Positions 54,401-64,000 of a stretch of DNA of 64,000 nucleotides are shown one piece after another. The position numbers were made by a program, and so were the translations under genes. Source of the stretch: Auanema rhodensis (Eukaryota > Animalia > Nematoda); the NCBI GenBank assembly GCA_964057225.1, contig OZ059898.1:18476001-18540000 (forward strand), given 5' to 3'. Position 1 is the stretch's first letter. Each line of letters starts with the position of its first letter. Below the pieces are notes generated by a model. The model was not told where the DNA came from. It ran no database searches and saw only the letters and a program-made list of their open reading frames with translations.

Positions 54401-57400
54401 AACTCGCTTAACGTGAAAGATAAAGAGATGCGGTTTTCAAAATTAGATTCCCCATGTCCATATTAGTCTAAAAACAAATTTTTATTGATATTGGTGCATG
54501 GCAACCATGACTTTAAAATTTACGTGTACTTTAATTTATGCTAATTAAGTGTACACATGATGTGCACTTGGTATGTAACTCGCTTCACGTCAAAGATAAA
54601 GAGATGCGGTTTTCAAAATTAGATTTCGCATGTCCATATTAGTCTAAAAACAAATTTTTATTGATATTGGTGCATGGTAACCATGACTTTGAAATTTACG
54701 TGAACTTTAATTTATGCTAATTAAGTGTACACATGATGTGCACTTGGTATGTAACTCGCTTCACGTCAAAGATAAAGAGATGCGGTTTTCAAAATTAGAT
54801 TCCCCATGTCCATATTAGTCTAAAAACAAATTTTTATTGATATTGGTGCATGGCAACCATGACTTTAAAATTTACGTGTACTTTAATTTATGCTAATTAA
54901 GTGTACACATGATGTGCACTTGGTATGTAACTCGCTTCACGTCAAAGATAAAGAGATGCGGTTTTCAAAATTAGATTCCCCATGGCCATATTAGTCTAAA
55001 AACAAATTTTTATTGATATTGGTGCATGGTAACCATGACTTTGAAATTTACGTGAACTTTAATTTATGCTAATTAAGTGTACTCGTGATGTGCACTTGGT
55101 ATGTAACTCGCTTCACGTGAAAGATAAAGAGATGAGGTTTTCAAAATTAGATTCCTCATGTCCATATTAGTCTAAAAACGAATTTTTATTGATATTGATG
55201 CATGGTAACCATGACTTTGAAATTTACGTGAACTTTAATTTATGCTAATTAAATGTACACGTGATGTGCACTTGGTATGTAACTCGCTTCACGTCAAAGA
55301 TAAAGAGATGCGGTTTTCAAAATTAGATTCCCCATGTCCATATTAGTCTAAAAACAAATTTTTGTTGATATTGGTGGATGGTAACCATGACTTTGAAATT
55401 TACGTGAACTTTAATTTATGCTAATTAAGTGTACACGTGATGTGCACTTGGTATGTAACTCGCTTCACGTGAAAGATAAAGAGATGCGGTTTTCAAAATT
55501 AGATTCCTCATGTCCATATTAGTCTAAAAACGAATTTTTATTGATATTGATGAATGGTAACCATGACTTTGAAATTTACGTGAACTTTAATTTATGCTTA
55601 TTAAGTGTACACGTGATGTGCACTTGGTATGTAACTCGCTTCAAGTGAAAGATAAAGAGATGCGGTTTTCAAAATTAGATTCCCCATGTCCATATTAGTC
55701 TAAAAACAAATTTTTATTGATATTGGTGCATGGTAACTATGACTTTGAAATTTACGTGAACTTTAATTTATGCTAATTAAGTGTACACATGATGTGCACT
55801 TGGTATGTAACTCGCTTCACGTCAAAGATAAAGAGATGCGGTTTTCAAAATTAGATTTCGCATGTCCATATTAGTCTAAAAACAAATTTTTATTGATATT
55901 GATGCATGGTAACCATGACTTTGAAATTTACGTGAACTTTAATTTATGCTAATTAAGTGTACACGTGATGTGCACTTGGTATGTAACTCGCTTCACGTGA
56001 AAGATAAAGAGATGCGGTTTTCAAAATTAGATTTCGCATGTCCATATTAGTCTAAAAACAAATTTTTATTGATATTGGTGCATGGCATCCATGACTTTAA
56101 AATTTACGTGTACTTTAATTTATGCTAATTAAGTGTACACGTGATGTGCACTTGGTATGTAACTCGCTTCACGTGAAAGATAAAGAGATGCGGTTTTCAA
56201 AATTAGATTTCGCATGTCCATATTAGTCTAAAAACAAATTTTTATTGATATTGGTGCATGGCAACCATGACTTTAAAATTTACGTGTACTTTAATTTATG
56301 CTAATTAAGTGTACACATGATGTGCACTTGGTATGTAACTCGCTTCACGTCAAAGATAAAGAGATGCGGTTTTCAAAATTAGATTTCGCATGTCCATATT
56401 AGTCTAAAAACAAATTTTTATTGATATTGGTGCATGGTAACCATGACTTTGAAATTTACGTGAACTTTAATTTATGCTAATTAAGTGTACACGTGATGTG
56501 CACTTGGTATGTAACTCGCTTCACGTGAAAGATAAAGAGATGCGGTTTTCAAAATTAGATTCCCCATGTCCATATTAGTCTAAAAACAAATTTTTATTGA
56601 TATTGGTGCATGGCAACCATGACTTTAAAGTTTACGTGTACTTTAATTTATGCTAATTAAGTGTACACATGATGTGCACTTGGTATGTAACTCGCTTCAC
56701 GTCAAAGATAAAGAGATGCGGTTTTCAAAATTAGATTTCGCATGTCCATATTAGTCTAAAAACAAATTTTTATTGATATTGGTGCATGGTAACCATGACT
56801 TTGAAATTTACGTGAACTTTAATTTATGCTAATTAAGTGTACTCGTGATGTGCACTTGGTATGTAACTCGCTTCACGTGAAAGATAAAAAGATGCGGTTT
56901 TCAAAATTAGATTCCTCATGTCCATATTAGTCTAAAAACAAATTTTTATTGGTATTGGTGCATGACAACCATGACTTTTAAATTTACGTGTACTTTAATT
57001 TATGCTAATTAAGTGTACACATGATGTGCACTTGGTATGTAACTCGCTTCACGTCAAAGATAAAGAGATGCGGTTTTCAAAATTAGATTCCTCATGTCCA
57101 TATTAGTCTAAAAACAAATTTTTATTAATATTGGTGCATGGTAACCATGACTTTGAAATTTATGTGAACTTTAATTTATGCTAATTAAGTGTACACATGA
57201 TGTGCACTTGGTATGTAACTCGCTTCACGTGAAAGATAAAGAGATGCGGTTTTCAAAATTAGATTCCTCATGTCCATATTAGTCTAAAAACAAATTTTTA
57301 TTGGTATTGGTGCATGACAACCATGACTTTTAAATTTACGTGTACTTTAATTTATGCTAATTAAGTGTACACATGATGTGCACTTGGTATGTAACTCGCT

Positions 57401-60400
57401 TCACGTCAAAGATAAAGAGATGCGGTTTTCAAAATTAGATTCCTCATGTCCATATTAGTCTAAAAACAAATTTTTATTAATATTGGTGCATGGTAACCAT
57501 GACTTTGAAATTTATGTGAACTTTAATTTATGCTAATTAAGTGTACACATGATGTGCACTTGGTATGTAACTCGCTTCACGTGAAAGATAAAGAGATGCG
57601 GTTTTCAAAATTAGATTCCTCATGTCCATATTAGTCTAAAAACGAATTTTTATTGATATTGATGCATGGTAATCATGACTTTGAAATTTTCGTGAACTTT
57701 AATTTATGCTTATTAAGTGTACACGTGATGTGCACTTGGTATGTAACTCGCTTCACGTGAAAGATAAAGGGATGCGGTTTTCAAAATTAGATTCCCCATG
57801 TCCATATTAGTCTAAAAACAAATTTTTGTTGATATTGGTGGATGGTAACCATGACTTTGAAATTTACGTGAACTTTAATTTATGCTAATTAAGTGTACAC
57901 GTGATGTGCACTTGGTATGTAACTCGCTTCACGTGAAAGATAAAGAGATGCGATTTTCAAAATTAGATTTCGCATGTCCATATTAGTCTAAAAACGAATT
58001 TTTATTGATATTGGTGCATGGTAACCATGACTTTGAAATTTACGTGAACTTTAATTTATGCTAATTAAGTGTACACGTGATGTGCACTTGGTATGTAACT
58101 CGCTTCACGTGAAAGATAAAGAGATGCGGTTTTCAAAATTAGATTCCCCATGTCCATATTAGTCTAAAAACAAATTTTTATTGATATTGGTGCATGGTAA
58201 CCATGACTTTGAAATTTACGTGAACTTTAATTTATGCTAATTAAGTGTACACGTGAAGTGCACTTGGTATGTAACTCGCTTCACGTGAAAGATAAAGAGA
58301 TGCGGTTTTCAAAATTAGATTCCTCATGTCCATATTAGTCTAAAAACGAATTTTTATTGATATTGATGAATGGTAACCATGACTTTGAAATTTACGTGAA
58401 CTTTAATTTATGCTTATTAAGTGTACACGTGATGTGCACTTGGTATGTAACTCGCTTCAAGTGAAAGATAAAGAGATGCGGTTTTCAAAATTAGATTCCC
58501 CATGTCCATATTAGTCTAAAAACAAATTTTTATTGATATTGGTGCATGGTAACTATGACTTTGAAATTTACGTGAACTTTAATTTATGCTAATTAAGTGT
58601 ACACATGATGTGCACTTGGTATGTAACTCGCTTCACGTCAAAGATAAAGAGATGCGGTTTTCAAAATTAGATTTCGCATGTCCATATTAGTCTAAAAACA
58701 AATTTTTATTGATATTGATGCATGGTAACCATGACTTTGAAATTTACGTGAACTTTAATTTATGCTAATTAAGTGTACACGTGATGTGCACTTGGTATGT
58801 AACTCGCTTCACGTGAAAGATAAAGAGATGCGGTTTTCAAAATTAGATTTCGCATGTCCATATTAGTCTAAAAACAAATTTTTATTGATATTGGTGCATG
58901 GCATCCATGACTTTAAAATTTACGTGTACTTTAATTTATGCTAATTAAGTGTACACGTGATGTGCACTTGGTATGTAACTCGCTTCACGTGAAAGATAAA
59001 GAGATGCGGTTTTCAAAATTAGATTTCGCATGTCCATATTAGTCTAAAAACAAATTTTTATTGATATTGGTGCATGGCAACCATGACTTTAAAATTTACG
59101 TGTACTTTAATTTATGCTAATTAAGTGTACACATGATGTGCACTTGGTATGTAACTCGCTTCACGTCAAAGATAAAGAGATGCGGTTTTCAAAATTAGAT
59201 TTCGCATGTCCATATTAGTCTAAAAACAAATTTTTATTGATATTGGTGCATGGTAACCATGACTTTGAAATTTACGTGAACTTTAATTTATGCTAATTAA
59301 GTGTACACGTGATGTGCACTTGGTATGTAACTCGCTTCACGTGAAAGATAAAGAGATGCGGTTTTCAAAATTAGATTCCCCATGTCCATATTAGTCTAAA
59401 AACAAATTTTTATTGATATTGGTGCATGGCAACCATGACTTTAAAGTTTACGTGTACTTTAATTTATGCTAATTAAGTGTACACATGATGTGCACTTGGT
59501 ATGTAACTCGCTTCACGTCAAAGATAAAGAGATGCGGTTTTCAAAATTAGATTTCGCATGTCCATATTAGTCTAAAAACAAATTTTTATTGATATTGGTG
59601 CATGGTAACCATGACTTTGAAATTTACGTGAACTTTAATTTATGCTAATTAAGTGTACTCGTGATGTGCACTTGGTATGTAACTCGCTTCACGTGAAAGA
59701 TAAAAAGATGCGGTTTTCAAAATTAGATTCCTCATGTCCATATTAGTCTAAAAACAAATTTTTATTGGTATTGGTGCATGACAACCATGACTTTTAAATT
59801 TACGTGTACTTTAATTTATGCTAATTAAGTGTACACATGATGTGCACTTGGTATGTAACTCGCTTCACGTCAAAGATAAAGAGATGCGGTTTTCAAAATT
59901 AGATTCCTCATGTCCATATTAGTCTAAAAACAAATTTTTATTAATATTGGTGCATGGTAACCATGACTTTGAAATTTATGTGAACTTTAATTTATGCTAA
60001 TTAAGTGTACACATGATGTGCACTTGGTATGTAACTCGCTTCACGTGAAAGATAAAGAGATGCGGTTTTCAAAATTAGATTCCTCATGTCCATATTAGTC
60101 TAAAAACAAATTTTTATTGGTATTGGTGCATGACAACCATGACTTTTAAATTTACGTGTACTTTAATTTATGCTAATTAAGTGTACACATGATGTGCACT
60201 TGGTATGTAACTCGCTTCACGTCAAAGATAAAGAGATGCGGTTTTCAAAATTAGATTCCTCATGTCCATATTAGTCTAAAAACAAATTTTTATTAATATT
60301 GGTGCATGGTAACCATGACTTTGAAATTTATGTGAACTTTAATTTATGCTAATTAAGTGTACACATGATGTGCACTTGGTATGTAACTCGCTTCACGTGA

Positions 60401-63400
60401 AAGATAAAGAGATGCGGTTTTCAAAATTAGATTCCTCATGTCCATATTAGTCTAAAAACGAATTTTTATTGATATTGATGCATGGTAATCATGACTTTGA
60501 AATTTTCGTGAACTTTAATTTATGCTTATTAAGTGTACACGTGATGTGCACTTGGTATGTAACTCGCTTCACGTGAAAGATAAAGGGATGCGGTTTTCAA
60601 AATTAGATTCCCCATGTCCATATTAGTCTAAAAACAAATTTTTGTTGATATTGGTGGATGGTAACCATGACTTTGAAATTTACGTGAACTTTAATTTATG
60701 CTAATTAAGTGTACACGTGATGTGCACTTGGTATGTAACTCGCTTCACGTGAAAGATAAAGAGATGCGATTTTCAAAATTAGATTTCGCATGTCCATATT
60801 AGTCTAAAAACGAATTTTTATTGATATTGGTGCATGGTAACCATGACTTTGAAATTTACGTGAACTTTAATTTATGCTAATTAAGTGTACACGTGATGTG
60901 CACTTGGTATGTAACTCGCTTCACGTGAAAGATAAAGAGATGCGGTTTTCAAAATTAGATTCCCCATGTCCATATTAGTCTAAAAACAAATTTTTATTGA
61001 TATTGGTGCATGGTAACCATGACTTTGAAATTTACGTGAACTTTAATTTATGCTAATTAAGTGTACACGTGAAGTGCACTTGGTATGTAACTCGCTTCAC
61101 GTGAAAGATAAAGAGATGCGGTTTTCAAAATTAGATTCCCCATGTCCATATTAGTCTAAAAACAAATTTTTATTGATATTGGTGCATGGTAACCATGACT
61201 TTGAAATTTACGTGAACTTTAATTTATGCTAATTAAGTGTACACATGATGTGCACTCGGTATGTAACTCGCTTCACGTGAAAGATAAAGAGATGCGGTTT
61301 TCAAAATTAGATTCCGCATGTCCATATTAGTCTAAAAACAAATTTTTATTGATATTGGTGCATGGTAACCATGACTTTGAAATTTACGTGAACTTTAATT
61401 TATGCTAATTAAGTGTACACGTGATGTGCACTTGGTATATAACTCGCTTCACGTGAAAGATAAAGAGATGCGGTTTCCAAAATTAGATTTCGCATGTCCA
61501 TATTAGTCTAAAAACAAATTTTTGTTGATATTTGTGGATGGTAACCATGACTTTGAAATTTACGTGAACTTTAATTTATGCTAATTAAGTGTACACGTGA
61601 TGTGCACTTGGTATGTAACTCGCTTCACGTGAAAGATGAAGAGATGCGGTTTTCAAAATTAGGTTCCCCATGTCCATATTAGTCTAAAAACAAATTTTTA
61701 TTGATATTGGTGCATGGTAACCATGACTTTGAAATTTACGTGAACTTTAATTTATGCTAATTAAGTGTACACGTGAAGTGCACTTGGTATGTAACTCGCT
61801 TCACGTGAAAGATAAAGAGATGCGGTTTTCAAAATTAGATTCCCCATGTCCATATTAGTCTAAAAACAAATTTTTATTGATATTGGTGCATGGTAACCAT
61901 GACTTTGAAATTTACGTGAACTTTAATTTATGCTAATTAAGTGTACACGTGATGTGCACTTGGTATGTAACTCGCTTCACGTGAAAGATAAAGAGATGCG
62001 GTTTCCAAAATTAGATTTCGCATGTCCATATTAGTCTAAAAACAAATTTTTATTGATATTGGTGCATGGTAACCATGACTTTGAAATTTACGTGAACTTC
62101 AATTTATGCTAATTAAGTGTACACGTGATGTGCACTTGGTATGTAACTCGCTTCACGTGAAAGATAAAGAGATGCGGTTTTCAAAATTAGATTCCTCATG
62201 TCCATATTAGTCTAAAAACAAATTTTTATTGATATTGGTGCATGGCAACCATGACTTTAAAATTTACGTGTACTTTAATTTATGCTAATTAAGTGTACAC
62301 ATGATGTGCACTTGGTATGTAACTCGCTTCACGTGAAAGATAAAGAGATGCGGTTTTCAAAATTAGATTCCCCATGTCCATATTAGTCTAAAAACAAATT
62401 TTTATTGATATTGGTGCATGGCAACCATGACTTTCAAATTTACGTGAACTTCAATTTATGCTAATTAAGTGTACACGTGATGTGCACTTGGTATGTAACT
62501 CGCTTCGCGTCAAAGATAAAGAGATGCGGTTTTCAAAATTAGATTCCCCATGTCCATATTAGTCTAAAAACAAATTTTTATTGATATTGGTGCATGGTAA
62601 CCATGACTTTGAAATTTACGTGAACTTTAATTTATGCTAATTAAGTGTACACGTGATGTGCACTTGGTATGTAACTCGCTTCGCGTCAAAGATAAAGAGA
62701 TGCGGTTTTCAAAATTAGATTCCCCATGTCCATATTAGTCTAAAAACAAATTTTTGTTGATATTGGTGGATGGTAACCATGACTTTGAAATTTACGTGAA
62801 CTTTAATTTATGCTAATTAAGTGTACACGTGATGTGCACTTGGTATGTAACTCGCTTCACGTGAAAGATAAAGAGATGCGGTTTTCAAAATTAGATTCCT
62901 CATGTCCATATTAGTCTAAAAACGAATTTTTATTGATATTGATGCATGGTAACCATGACTTTGAAATTTACGTGAACTTTAATTTATGCTTATTAAGTGT
63001 ACACGTGATGTGCACTTGGTATGTAACTCGCTTCAAGTGAAAGATAAAGAGATGCGGTTTTCAAAATTAGATTCCCCATGTCCATATTAGTCTAAAAACA
63101 AATTTTTATTGATATTGGTGCATGGTAACTATGACTTTGAAATTTACGTGAACTTTAATTTATGCTAATTAAGTGTACACATGATGTGCACTTGGTATGT
63201 AACTCGCTTCACGTCAAAGATAAAGAGATGCGGTTTTCAAAATTAGAATTCGCATGTCCATATTAGTCTAAAAACAAATTTTTATTGATATTGGTGCATG
63301 GTAACTATGACTTTGAAATTTACGTGAACTTTAATTTATGCTAATTAAGTGTACACATGATGTGCACTTGGTATGTAACTCGCTTCACGTCAAAGATAAA

Positions 63401-64000
63401 GAGATGCGGTTTTCAAAATTAGATTTCGCATGTCCATATTAGTCTAAAAACAAATTTTTATTGATATTGGTGCATGGTAACCATGACTTTGAAATTTACG
63501 TGAACTTTAATTTATGCTAATTAAGTGTACACATGATGTGCACTTGGTATGTAACTCGCTTAACGTGAAAGATAAAGAGATGCGGTTTTCAAAATTAGAT
63601 TCCCCATGTCCATATTAGTCTAAAAACAAATTTTTATTGATATTGGTGCATGGCAACCATGACTTTAAAATTTACGTGTACTTTAATTTATGCTAATTAA
63701 GTGTACACATGATGTGCACTTGGTATGTAACTCGCTTCACGTGAAAGATAAAGAGATGCGGTTTTCAAAATTAGATTTCCCATGTCCATATTAGTCTAAA
63801 AACAAATTTTTATTGATATTGGTGCATGGCAACCATGACTTTCAAATTTACGTGAACTTCAATTTATGCTAATTAAGTGTACACGTGATGTGCACTTGGT
63901 ATGTAACTCGCTTCGCGTCAAAGATAAAGAGATGCGGTTTTCAAAATTAGATTCCCCATGTCCATATTAGTCTAAAAACAAATTTTTATTGATATTGGTG
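39401..64000 (+). repeat. 176-bp tandem satellite DNA array, right arm (~139.8 monomers; runs off the window end)
   Basis: Same consensus and orientation as the left arm; monomer starts at 39424, 42064 ... 63184, all equal to 39424+176n. Confidence 0.99.

Noticed and set aside
1-64000. CRISPR array
   Set aside because: Units are contiguous near-identical 176-mers with no unique spacers and no cas genes; the context is eukaryotic.

Overview
This is eukaryotic heterochromatin or centromere-like DNA, not a gene-rich region. About 93% of the window is one head-to-tail array of a 176-bp, ~67% AT satellite (about 198 monomers at 1-34825 and about 140 at 39401-64000). The monomers share one orientation, show no net length change at the positions checked, and carry nested higher-order duplications of 2 to 49 monomers. 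A single 4575-bp, apparently full-length CR1-clade (CR1/T1-like) non-LTR retrotransposon interrupts the array at 34826-39400 (+ strand), with no target-site duplication. It has four perfect 17-bp repeats at its 5' end, an ORF1, an APE-endonuclease/reverse-transcriptase ORF2, a ~460-bp 3' UTR and an (AAAT)n tail. The most notable signal is that ORF2 has no AUG before its first endonuclease motif and lies in the +1 frame, while ORF1 ends in UUU_CGU_UAA, matching the UUU_CGN +1 ribosomal-frameshift motif known from viruses. ORF2 is also broken by a frameshift immediately after YADD. The host cannot be identified; ORF1 looks like that of invertebrate, possibly nematode, CR1 elements, which is a weak inference. 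All counts were made by eye from the line coordinates.
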